A DNA stretch of 63,135 nucleotides, counting the filler, from Choristocarpus tenellus KU-1152 (lineage: Eukaryota > Protista > Phaeophyceae), in assembly GCA_964200185.2 (NCBI GenBank). It is 11 parts of 11 records of this genome, joined end to end, with 100 filler letters (N's around TTAATTAATTAA, not from the genome) between each part and the next. Parts side by side here need not be neighbours in the genome. Positions count along the whole stretch, not along the records: positions 13,110 to 15,982 come from CAXNAD020024030.1; positions 16,083 to 20,947 come from CAXNAD020012741.1; positions 21,048 to 31,037 come from CAXNAD020003223.1; 8 more parts are not named here. The stretch is one strand, 5' to 3'. Shown here piece after piece: positions 13,947-26,233 of the stretch; position 1 is the first letter of the stretch, and each line of letters begins with the position of its first letter. The notes under the pieces are model-generated. The model was not told where the DNA came from and did no database searches. It was given only the letters and a program-made list of their open reading frames with translations. Position numbers and translations under genes: made by a program.

Positions 13947-15885
13947 GTTTGTCACAGGTGACTGGAATGCTGGGGGTGGTAATAAGGGGGAGCCTGAACA
14001 TGACGACCCTCTGCAGGACATGGATGTATATGGAGACTTCGAGGACCTTTCGACAGGGTAAGGACAAGAAGGCTGTCGTGAAGGATGATGCTGTGCTTTG
14101 TATTGTATTGTATTGTATTGTATTGTATTGTCAAAGCTTTGGAAAGGCTTTTGGGAATTGGTGCGTGTACTCCTATCCTATCGGCACAAGGGTCTATTGT
14201 TTGTCTAACTAGGTCGAGTTCAAGGTGTTGCGTTCCAGATTGCCTTGTGCTTGGTGTTAATTGGGGTGTGTGTGTGACTGGTACTATTTCCACACAGGGG
14301 AAACAACATATTGCCGTCAAGATGTTGTCTTGGTGTGTGAGGGGTTGAGTGAACTACCTGTGTTTCAATGGCTGTGCATGTCATCCTGCAAACGAGTGCG
14401 GAAATCAGTGAGAAAGTTTGTCCCATTGCTTGATCCGTGGGCCCATTCCTTTCCCCTGTTTCTGTCGTGTCCCTGACCTTGAGATAGTTTGCCCTCAAGG
14501 TCAGGACCTTAAGAGTACCGCGGCATGTGTAACCTCTAACTTCAAACGCCAGAGAAGGACCTCAAAACCCCAATCCCAACCCCGGCGTTTCGAACCCATG
14601 TAAAATATAAATAATAAATATTGTGTCCTTGAAGGGAAAAGTTTGGTCCGGGTGCTGGCGGAAATGGCAGCGACGACGAGTCTGATGGCGAAGGGTTGCC
14701 CACCCCAGGGATAGCGAAGACCAGTCCCTCCAATGAGAGTGAGCGAGAACGGAATGCCCGGCTGAGAGCGGAGGCCATGCTTGCAAAGGCCGCTGTTGAG
14801 GATGAGGTGAGGATGGACTGATTTTTGATCTGCCCCTCTCCTCTTGTTCGTCCACTCCTGTGAGTTGAGGAACATCTAGGCTTCAGTGTAGTGGTGCGGT
14901 GACGTATGGGGTTAGGGTTAGGGTTCCGAAGATGAGATGAAATGGGCACAAGCCATGGCACTTGTTTTATCGTGTTTGGGGGAATGTACTTGCTGGCACG
15001 ATCTCCTTTGATCTACTTTAAGGTGCTCCTTGGTTGCTGCCGTTGTGACCTTGTCGGAATGACCTGGGGGTGTAATGGGTCATGGATCAGACCACAATAC
15101 CTGTGAAGATGATGTTTTTATTGAGCACTCTTGTACCAATTGGTTGCACTGTTGTATTTAGAAGTACATGTACATACCCAAGTGTGATATTGTGACACTT
15201 GTCTTTCAAATTGTACCCGAGAGATAGGGCGCTGCTGCAGTGGAATGTGATCTGAACTCCCCTACTAGACAAAGGACGTTCCTTTTCTTAGGTGAGTATG
15301 ACATGCTGTTGAGTTGTGGTAGTGGCGTTGTTGTGCATAGCATCTAATGTGTGTATTCTGTGCCCTGCACATGATGGAAAGGGCAAGGGCGAAGGAGAGG
15401 AGAAGGGGGAGGAGGAAGGAGAGGAGGAAGACGAGTTCCTCAAGGAGGCCAAGAAGATGAGGGAGGAGCAGCAGGTGTGTCTTGCTTCTAGCACAACGTT
15501 TGGCAGATTCAGGGAATTGTTTGTGCTCCTACCTCCTTGTTTTGGACTCGAAATTTGATGTGTTCTTAGCACTTATCACATCCTCGGTCAGATAAGAACA
15601 CCAGGCTCACTCAATGTTGGTAGTTTTGTAGTTCAGCACACCTCTGCAGGCCACCAGCTGGTTGCTGGTTGTGTCTTCTTATTGCAGTGGCGTGTAGCTT
15701 TTGGCCCTTGGTCCAATTTATATTACACTATCTTGGCCCTAACCCTAACCCTCACAGGTGCGAAATAAGAAGGAGTTTGAGGAGGAGGGGCAGGTGTCTA
15801 GGCATCGTCTGGAGGGTTTCCGTCAAGGGCTATATGTCCGTATCCGCTTTGGGAGCCTTCCCTCTGAATTTGTGTGCAACTTCAG
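13947..15885 (+). CDS. BMS1: Ribosome biogenesis protein BMS1, internal exons 13947-14057, 14635-14806, 15382-15474, 15758-15885
   Basis: The spliced translation contains FVTGDW...DVYGDFEDLSTGEKF and NKKEFEEEGQVSRHRLEGFRQGLYVRIRFGSLPSEFVCNF. These match the conserved Bms1 segments FVTGxW, YGDFEDLETG and EGFRPGxYVR...PxEFVxNF. Splice phases are consistent. Confidence 0.9.
14099..14150. repeat. (TATTG)n microsatellite in a BMS1 intron
   Basis: Visible directly. Confidence 0.9.
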
Positions 15886-16100
15886 GTGCCAACCCTAACC
15901 CAACTGACCAGAGACTCGAAGTATCGGGGGGGGGAGGGGGGGGGGGGGATGTACACCAGGGTGTCCATTTGGGGCAAGACCCNNNNNNNNNNNNNNNNNN
16001 NNNNNNNNNNNNNNNNNNNNNNNNNNTTAATTAATTAANNNNNNNNNNNNNNNNNNNNNNNNNNNNNNNNNNNNNNNNNNNNTTGTTGTTGTGGGGGTGT

Positions 16101-16140
<40 letters not shown>

Positions 16141-16319
16141 AAGTGGCAAGCAGGGTATTGCTACGCTCCTGGAAATGGTCACGATGAATAAAAAACTCAT
16201 ATAATTAGAAAATACAAGAATAATTTTCTGTGCGGTAGTAGATACAAGAATAATTTCCTGTGGTTCCCCCCCGCCTTCCTGCCTTCATCCTCTCCTGCAT
16301 CACCTCTCCGCTATATTGA

Positions 16320-19300
16320 GAATGAAATGCTTGGATGGTCTGTTGTCGTATGCCCATGTGTGTTGCGAATGCATCACGTGCCTGATGAAGTCCCTCAAGC
16401 TGCAAAGCATTCGACTGGTGAACCTGAACACCAACCTCTCCGAGGAGCTCGTGTTGGCGACCAAGGCCTTGGAGGTTGTCGGGGTGCTGCCCAAGGAGAA
16501 GAGGGGCTCTGGAGCCGCCTGTCACGCGCAGGTGCTAATCTCTCGCCTTCGGTATACTACCAATTCTCTTTGTGAGGGCGGTTTTGATGTTGAGGGGGGG
16601 GGGGCTGGGGGAGATGAACTTCCCACGGCATGAATGAATGAATTCTATTGGTTTACTGTGAGTCGTGAACATGGCGTATGTTTTCCTTGATGCGGTACCC
16701 CTGTACCTTCCATCCCTCAAATTTAATTATTCGGCACTACAAGATTACTTTTTATTATTATTATATTATTATTATCATTATTTTATTCTTATTGTTTATT
16801 ATTATAATATTGTTAGTGTTTCGGTCGTTCTAACCGAGAAATATGTACTTTTCTTTTTTATTAAAATATTATTATTATCATTATTTTATTATTATTGTTT
16901 TTTAATTATTATATTGTGTTTCGGTCGTTCTAACCGAGAAAGATGTACTTATCCTCTTTTTTTTAACCCCTGTTGACAATGCACCCTGTTTTCATTTTAT
17001 TTTTTGTGAATACGATTAGGATACTATTAGGGTACTAGTAGGATATTATTAGGATTCTATTAGAATACTAATAGGATACTATTAGGGTACTAGTAGGATA
17101 TTATTAGGATACTATTAGGGTACTAGTAGGATATTATTAGGATTCTATTAGGATTCTATTAGAATACTATTTGAGTACTATTTGGATACTATTAGGATAC
17201 TAGTAGAATACTATTAGGCCGTTCCAACACAAAAGGCTGCATACCTCTGCACACAGAATAACCGGCTCTTTAACCGCCTCTTAAACACCGCCAACTCATG
17301 CAAATCCTATTAGTAACTCATTCAATTGTGATCCAACCCTAACCCTAACCCAACCTCACATTCACCCCCCCGCTAAGAAGGGCTTTGTTCAGATCCCATC
17401 AGTCTATCCACAGAGTGGGACATTCCTCTGAAAGGCAAGGTGCTAAATAACGCTGTTCTTTTTTCTTTTTACGCGACAAACATTGTCGGCATGGAGTAAG
17501 GGCATGGAGCAAGGGCATGGAGCAAGGGCATGGAGCAAGGGTCCCCTTTTCATAATGTAGCAGAAAAGGACATTCTGATCAAAAATCTGTGATCCTTGTG
17601 TTGCGATGATACCCTATGATTATGTATGTATTATGTAACATTATGTATGTATGTATGTGTGTGTGTATATATGTATGTATGTATGTATGTCACTGGTAGT
17701 ATGACCCATTATCAAGGATCTTTAAATTTATGTTGTGCCTGTTTTGAGGACAAGATTGATTTGAGCGTGGGCACCACTCTCACCCGTTGTTTGGGGAACT
17801 GAGAATTGTACTCAATCACTCAGTCCAGTTCATGCTGAAACTGAAGTGTCTTCAGACTATTTCCAAATTATACTCTACAGCAGGCCACTGAAGTGTCTCG
17901 ACCCGACCCAGGCCAGATCACTGTGCCCTCAGAACTAGGTATGCACCGTTCTTCGGTTCCCAATCGGAGAGGGAGCCGTTCCTGGAACGTTCTCGAACAG
18001 TGTTGGTTGGCGGTAAGGGCCGGTTGGTTCTATTGTCAATAATGTACACTGTTGCCATTTTTTTTTGTTGTAGAGCATGTGTACATTTTTTTTTTTAATC
18101 GTTATATATATATATAGATGTATATTTTTTAATTGTTATTTTTTATTATTATTCTGAAACATGTTTCTACGATCACAGGTTCTCGAAGGGGGAAGGTTAG
18201 CTGCGCATTTCAGGGACGGGAAGAATGGTGTGTTGGATGTGTAGTTCTTAATTAGCCCTTAAGATTCGAAAGGCCCTAAAATCGACATTCTTCCTCTAAC
18301 TCCTCTAACATGAAATGGTTCTGATAGTGTCAAGACCTTTTTCTTCTTTTTTTTAAAGGTTCTAAATGAGGACGATCGTTGCGTCAGTATATTTGTCTCC
18401 TCCTGCAAGAGTGTGTGATGTTTCTGGGAAACTTTTTTTTTCTGTATTACACATTGGGTGTAGATGTTATTTATTATTACTATTATTATATTATTATTAT
18501 TATTATTGTTTTCTGAGTAGAGGTCAAATTGCCTGTTTTTTGTTTTTTTCTTCATGTGTAGTGTGTAGTGTGTGTAGTGCAACAGACTTTTGGGACAGAG
18601 GGAGTGTAATATCAATTACACAAGAGATGAGTAGCCTGTGTTTCAACACGGCCCAGACCTTCCTATATTTGGGAAAATATAATTAATCTCAAGTACAGTT
18701 TTCCGAGGAATCCAATGCAAGAATCCGTTTTGAAATTGGAGGTCATCCTGAAGAGGTACGTGCTTAAAGGAAGACTTCTGGGACAGAGGGAGTGTATGTA
18801 TATATATTTTTTAATTGTAGTGTTGATTACTTGGTATCTGTAATAATTTTTTTGAATCTGTGTCGATTTAGGATGTAGTGACCCAGGCTGACTGATGGGC
18901 AACTTGGGTCAGAAGAGTGGAGATTGGAATGTGTTCCATGTTCCTGCTGGGTATGATCGGTTTCATAGAGTGCTTCACACGAGGGCGGTGTGCGCCGTCT
19001 CTTTCCTCATTACAAAATAAAATCGATCCCTTCACTGCTGTCCATTTTATATCTATATATTTTCATCTTGCAAATCTGATATTTGAGAATACACGTTTTG
19101 TTATTACCCTCAAGCATTTCTTGAGTTCAAATCCCTCCGCGCCATAATTTTTTTCACCGATATATATATATATATTTTGGTAGGAGGTAAGGAGAGTACG
19201 GTCTCTGATGATAGTTGCAGGCAGTCACTGCTCGGTGTGTAGTAGTAGGCACTGACGTACGTCACTGTATGGAGTAGTAGGTATGGAGATTTAGGTGCGT

Positions 19301-20488
19301 TATTGTATTTCCAGCTCGTGGGTTCCCCTCTCTCCTTCTGCTTGGAAGACATAGTTCAAACCCTGTCTATCACCCTTGCCTAAACTGAGCAGGATGGGGG
19401 TGAGGATGCCTCAGACCCGTTGTTGAGAGCAGCACGAGGCAGTGTAAGAGTATCTTCGCATTGTGATACTGATAAGGCAGCATTGGGGTCGGCCCTTGAG
19501 AGGGATGATACTGAGGACAAGTTGAAGGTGACAAGGAGTAAGGAACGCAACCGGCTGAGGGCCTGTAAGGGACGAGGTTTTGCTGTGCACAACACAGAGG
19601 CGGCAGTTTCGGCATCGAGGCAGCCACTAGAGAGGCGGAAGGGGGATCAGGAGGTGGGTGCATGGGAGGCGTGAATATATAGTCATTTTTTGTTGTTGTT
19701 GTTGTGCGGTGGTAATGTGTTGCTTTGCTTTGAGTTCTAGTCTAGCACTGTACATTTCAGGTTTAATTTTTTTTATGTTGTAGTGCAATGCAGGAAGGGA
19801 GGCTGCTGGAGTTGATAGGGTCGAGTCGGAGTTTGTTGGGACTTGAAGAAGATTGCAGGGGAGAGAGAGATGAGAAAGTGTGTGATGCCAAGTCTCCATT
19901 TGGTGGTTGTGGTCCTCACTGCATTCTGCTTGTAGGCAAGTGTGGGCGAGGAGGATTACCATTTTGGACATCAAGCTACTCATCCCTCAATCTCGTGCCA
20001 TCAACTTCTTGAACATAGTCGGCAATGACAAACAGCTCATTGATGTCTGTCCTCTTGAATCTCTCTCCCGCCCCTCAATGGTCCCTCTTTTTTGTCCTCT
20101 AAAACCCTGATTATTTACTCTGATGGATTAGGATTCATTTTCGCCGACTACTCCACGCTCAAAGAGGCCCCGGATTGCACTTCGGGAGCGCCTACTCAAT
20201 GCTTTGAACTCCTCATTAGTTCTCTCTCATCGCAGTGCTAACCAAGAGGAGGAAGGTGTGTGGGAGGAGGATGGGGCATGTGGAACAGTGCTTGGGGCGG
20301 GTATGCGGGCTGGGCATGGACTTGTTGTTAGTAAGAGTGACTCCAGGATTGATGGACTCGGTTTGGTTCCTGCGGTGGGGGGCGGCAGCTGCCTTTGCAA
20401 TGAAGACCTTAGGGAGGAACTTAAAAGGTTGCTTGCAGTGGGGGTGCAGCATGGTGCCAGTGTTGGTTTGGGGGATGAAAATACTTGA
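16320..20488 (+). CDS. Probable multi-exon gene of unknown function, 3' portion
   Basis: GC-richer open segments are flanked by AG/GT between AT-rich, microsatellite-rich introns (near 16.32-16.53, 17.88-17.94, 18.63-18.76, 18.89-18.95, 19.39-19.65, 19.79-19.88 and 20.13-20.49 kb). No recognisable domain; exon chain not fully resolved. Confidence 0.4.
17017..17218. repeat. 11-bp minisatellite (TAGGATACTAT)n
   Basis: About 18 imperfect tandem copies. Confidence 0.9.
17488..17541. repeat. 13-bp tandem repeat (GGCATGGAGCAAG) x4
   Basis: Visible directly. Confidence 0.9.
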
Positions 20489-22533
20489 CCATATCCAAGG
20501 TGGAAATGCAGCACTGGAATGCTGTGATCAAGTCCCGACTTGATGTTGACCATGCTGCCCAATAGTGTGAATGACATGAATGACGGTTAGAGGTGTGCTG
20601 TATAGGGGTACAGGTTCTCGGGCTTGTGGCATGTATTGGGTGTTTTCACCTGTGATCCTCTCTTTGTGACCTGGTACTGATACCCATATGCCCAGAGGAC
20701 CTGAGTAACATACTTTGACACATTTTCCAAAGTACATGTATAATTTCGATGCCAGTTTTTTTCATGAGGATTGACTGTGAGACACAGCCGGACTGCAGGA
20801 GTATTGCATAGCTGACACAACTGAGGTTGACCAACAACTGCAGAGCTTGCCCCCACGTAGCCGGGGGGGGGGGGGGGGGGGGGGACTTTACCTTTTCTAG
20901 GAACCCGCCCCGGGTTTGTGAGGGCCTTTTTTTTTTCGGTTTTTCTGNNNNNNNNNNNNNNNNNNNNNNNNNNNNNNNNNNNNNNNNNNNNTTAATTAAT
21001 TAANNNNNNNNNNNNNNNNNNNNNNNNNNNNNNNNNNNNNNNNNNNNACGGGAAGCCAAGCCCCAAATGGACAAACAGGGCAAAACTCGTACCCTCTAAG
21101 ATACTTTCACTCAAATCATAATGTAAATTTAGGTTAGGATCATAATTGTCCTTGATAATTGAACAACGTTTTGAGTGGGGTCTTGATGTGACTACAATAA
21201 TAGCGCACAGCTCCCCAACTATTGGTTTGAAGTGTTGCTGTCGTTGATTACTTCGAAGTATATATTCATTGCTGTTTTTGAAGAAACTCTCTCAATATTT
21301 AGCAACGTATTTTATTCTATTCAATATGATCCCGATCCAAACTATGCTCGATATATGTAATAGTGAACGACAATATTGATACAATGTCTATGTGGAAGCA
21401 TTGCACGGGAGTAAATGTGAAGCTATGATACATATATGGATCCACAAGGCACATAGTACCATGGGTATATTATCGTTATAGTAAGGTTTAGGAAGGAGCA
21501 GGAGAGGTCGAGTGTTCCATCATCACCCGTGATACATAATCTTCTTCTCTGTAACCTTTTTCTGAGCTTAGCCTGTATACGTTTGTGGTGCATGTAGGTT
21601 GTTAGTCTTCGCTTGTAGCCTCATTGTCTGGATGGCATGGTGAGTGGTGGTTGGGTCAGGGCCAGGGTCAAGGTGACTTACTTGCTAAACCTCTAACCAA
21701 CCCCGTGATAGGCCGCACTATGTTGTCATTGCCATATAAATGAACTATAATACGGGTAGCTTGTAGATGCAGATACAATGCCAGCACTGCCTTTCTAGTG
21801 GCATCATCGAAGATATATATAATCAGTCATGTGCTGTTTGAATAAAATAGGGTTATGGTTCGGGTTAGGGTTACGCTTAGTTAAATGTGCTTGTCGGAAA
21901 CCCTACACTCTTGACATAATTGACGTCCATCATTGCAACTGTCTTGGGATTAAGCTTAGGATTAGGGTGATGGACGGACCAAAATGATATTGCAGTTGCT
22001 ATAATATCGAATCAGGGTGTCATCATATATTTGGCAACAATAATGTGACTGTTTGCTGTCCTGGTTTGCTATTTATATTGCAGGTGAGGTACGTCTAGTC
22101 TTGATTACTTTCTCGCCATACTTCCCGTGTACTTGGCTCTTGTCTGTCTTCTCTTGTCCTCTTGTTGTGCTTTTTCTTTGACTGCTGGTGGCGACGCTCC
22201 CCCCTCCTACGTCGACATTTGCAATTCGATCCTATTACTTGACCATCACACCATTCGTAAGCTGTGTGGCAAATCCTTTCGGAGGTGAGTGGGACAAGAA
22301 TGATACTTCAGCAACATCGTTAGTATAATATTGCCATTCTCGTTTCCGTTCGGTCTTGTCTTGTAACTTTTGCCCAACCCTCACACAATTGCATCTGCAT
22401 GTTTCCATCAGCAAGGCCACAATACTATTCACCTGTGTTAACAACATTATTTGTGAACCTCGTTTCCGTCTGCTCTTCTTGTCATTCTTGCCTGTGTTTT
22501 GCCCTATGCCGTCTCGTTCTCTTGCTGATACAG

Positions 22534-22833
22534 TTTCCTTCCATCACCAACATCTCTTACCCGGCTTCATATCAATAATTCCTGTCAGTAATCCACGTCT
22601 TCAATCTTGATCTCGGATCCATAGTCTCTGCCTCATGCGTGTTTGAATGGGTCAATTTTTACCACCGGCTCCTGTTTATGACCCTGTTGCCCATTATCCT
22701 TGGAGGTTTACTGGGAGTCTCCTATGTGTCTGCCAGGCGATCCGTGAAGCGTAGGGAGTCGTCAACGAGTCAAGAGGATCTCAAATCGACATTCTCATGG
22801 CATGTTGCATTAGGACTTTTGCTCACTTTTCTG
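22534..22833 (+). pseudogene. Isolated exon of a brown-algal POMP/adhesin-like multi-TM protein family, with an in-frame stop
   Basis: 300-bp exon between CAG and GTAG: FPSITNISYPASYQ*FLSVIHVFNLDLGSIVSASCVFEWVNFYHRLLFMTLLPIILGGLL...HVALGLLLTFL, with TAA at 22576-22578. Family recognised from the YP...FNLDLG...SC...FY.RLL pattern. Confidence 0.65.
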
Positions 22834-25800
22834 GTAGGTTACTCCCATGTTTGAGGTTGCACTGATACAAGACTTTTATATTGTGTCCCCCTCTCTCATG
22901 GTTTGGTGAGGAAGGAGGGCTTACGTACGGGTAGAGTCCTGTGCCTCAAGCAGTAATGTCTACGCCAGTTTCACGATAGCAGGGAGCACCTTTCAGTGTT
23001 GTTTGGCATTTTTTCCATTATCCTCAGTACTGCACATCAACAGGGTGGTCTTTAATCCGCGTTGAAGGTTGTTTTTCTCTGAACAAGCGATAGTGACGTA
23101 TTGTTTACCTCGAGGCATGTATTATAGAGAGATTGTGTGTGAGAGCCATCTTCCACAAAAGGCATACCCTGAAGGTGACCTATCTTGAATATCGTGATAT
23201 CCATGACATATGTTTTTGCATGTTGAAGGTAACATCATCTGCTTGACGTAAGATTGGGTGATTTTGGAGTGACTTTACCTAGGCCCCCCTCCTTCACTTT
23301 CCCACCTGAACACTCTTTTCCTGAGTGAACTTCTGAGGGATTGCTCTCCCTCTTTGACTTTGTCTCTCTTTGATCTGTCCTCCTTCCTGTGGGTCTTCCC
23401 GCTCCCCTTCATTACGAAGAAGCTGTCAGCTGTTTCCAACTGTTTCACAGTGGCGAAGACGGCAATCGTTTTGAAGTGGGAGAGTACTTTTCCAGTACTT
23501 TTTGGGGGGAACTCTGAGTACATTGCCTGTACTTTGAGCACCACATATGCCAAATCAGTCTGATTGGCATACAGTTCGATCAAGGAGATGACGAAGTACG
23601 TTCTGGACAACTTCAAACCGGCTCCTAAGCTTCATGGCGGAAGTATTCAAGGAAAATAAACCCGATGAAACCCTTGAAGCATATGCCCTTCAGTTTTGAC
23701 ACCTTCTTGGTAGATTTACTACAGCTGTTGATAGTCCATCTATAGATTCTAGTGACCGTAAATGTATTGATCAAATTGCGATTGCCAATAGTAGTACCTA
23801 TAATATTTATGTTGATTTACGTTTTTCCTTTTGATGTCTGTCTTTTCAGATTTTGTCAGCTTTATTTGTTACACTTACCTTAATGTTAATAGCAATGGCC
23901 TCTATCGATGATTAGATTCCCCACTTCAGCCCTCAAATAAATGTGACCTATCCACTGTATTACCATAATACCTCCACCCTGAGAGATCCCAGTGTTGGAC
24001 TTGTTTTTCGGGTGAGAGTGTTTATAACTGCATTGTATGTATGATCCCTTCTATCGAACGTTTGTGCTAAATTCGGAAATTCCCTCCATTCAATCGGCTT
24101 GGAAATGGGAGCTGGGTACGACGCTATAGATTTCTCCTGTAAAGTCAACTACACAAATAGTTGTAAAAAAGGGGCAGTGGACAAGAACGAGTGCACCTGT
24201 GCCATTTTGGGGCAAAAACAGATGCCATTAAATAAGTTAGATAATGGGGCCTCCATCACAATACTCTTGGAAAATCCTGGCTAAGCCCGTGCTCACCTCA
24301 ATGTTGACAACTACAAAACCCCTACTCTCCCTGTCCCTTTTTCCAGCCACTTTTTGGTCAATTTATGATCTTCGTTATTGTAAGTATACTGTTGGGATTG
24401 GATAAATGATAGGGTCCTTCCATCTCGCCACACACCATAGCTTCAAATTCTCATCCACATATCCTCGTCCAAATTGGGTTGGATCTTCCACGTTCATGTT
24501 CAAATTTTGAAGGTTGACTGTGGAATGACAGAATGGTTCTTGCGAGATAGACTAGTTCAGGTGGAAGGCTCCCATGTTGTCTGGAGATGATCAATCATCA
24601 CAATTAGCGCGATTACCACAACTACGTCAAATGGAGATATGAGGATGGCAGTTTAGAACATGTGTGATGTGTGATGGGACGTAGGATCTATTGTTCGTCC
24701 TGAACACTTACACTTGGCGAAAACGAGCATCAATTTCAACAAACAAGTGGACGATATGGAGAGTAGACAAGGGGTGTTCTACCTGTCGCAACATGGCGAC
24801 GACAAAGGTTATAGGACGATTTTAGAAGTGTTTCTTCACTGACGCCATATTACCCAACTTGTTTTCTGATATGTAATCATTTTGAACCAAGATGACAGGT
24901 GTATCCATTCTTCCTACCCTATACAGATAATACTTCTCCTCCTCCTCCTGCTTCCTCCACTGAAAAATACTAATTTCTACTTCTTGTTATTCTTTTCTCT
25001 CCAACAATCATAGAAAAATAAAAACATGTCGGTCCGACAGTAGTGGATAGATTGTTCCACTACGCTGCAATACCCCTCAAAATATTTCAAAATCTCCGTT
25101 ACCATAAAGAAATGGAAAAAATGGTATAATAATATTGATTCTAGATCCCATACCCTCCCTATTTTTCTGCTTTCATATTTGAAGTATAGAGTTTTGTTCT
25201 ATTTCAAAGTAATGTAGAAAATTATGCTTTAGTATTGCACTACCATTTTCTATCAACAGTAAATATTCTTTACGTTTCTTATATCATATTTGTAGTTCTT
25301 ATTTTGAATGTTCAAACAAATACATCACAAACAGAATAATCAGAATAATGATTTGATTGTGATATAGGGGGATCGCCCATCTGCCCACCTTCGCATAAAA
25401 CGAAAGGAGTAGTTATAACAAGGGGAAGGAGGACGTAGGTATACAATTCCTGTGCTTCTTGACATCGTCGCTAAGCCTCTAGGTCAAAGCTTACGCTGTA
25501 CATCGGTTACGGGAAAAAGAAAAGGGGAAGGCACGCGTGAAACTCAACTAATTTCTGAGTCCTTCTTCTCAACATCAATTTTTTGGAGACCAACCACTTG
25601 AAATCAGGGAAACGATCCTGTGACTGGAGAGGAGGGTGGTCACAGCACTACCTAGCGAAAATATCTTTCCAGAATAGCTCCGTCTTGTTGGGAGGGAAGT
25701 TCGACGCGGTGGAATAAGAAGATTCTGCATCGGAGAGTGTAGACGGTTTGAGGCTTGGCATCTTGGTCTAGTCATTGAGGTAGTTTACAGGGTGACCCGA

Positions 25801-26233
25801 AATAGGAGCTCACCAACTCCAGGTGAGAGTTTCACAATTGCGTGGTTCGGATGGTATCGATTCACTGCTACTGAGACTGGGCTTTTTGTACAGACTTTCC
25901 CTTCTTCGCCTCCCGACTACATAACTTCGGTCATCTACATGTCTTCTGTCGTCTGCATGCCTTCGGTCATCTCCTTCGATATCCAACAATTGTTTCATCC
26001 CATGGCCTGTTGTACCCGGTAGCTTCCGTCCCTTCCTGATTGATCCCTGGAGGCTATCGTCCTCAAGCCTATCATTTGAATTCTTCTTGCTCGCTATCCA
26101 TGATGTCCTTGCTGAGACCTCACACCTGCATCGCATCTCTTGAAGTCCCACCTTGTCACTTCCCCCCCTCCGCTACCCGCCCCTGTCATCGATGCCTGAT
26201 GTTATTTGACCTTGTCTTCCTAGGAAGAGGACT

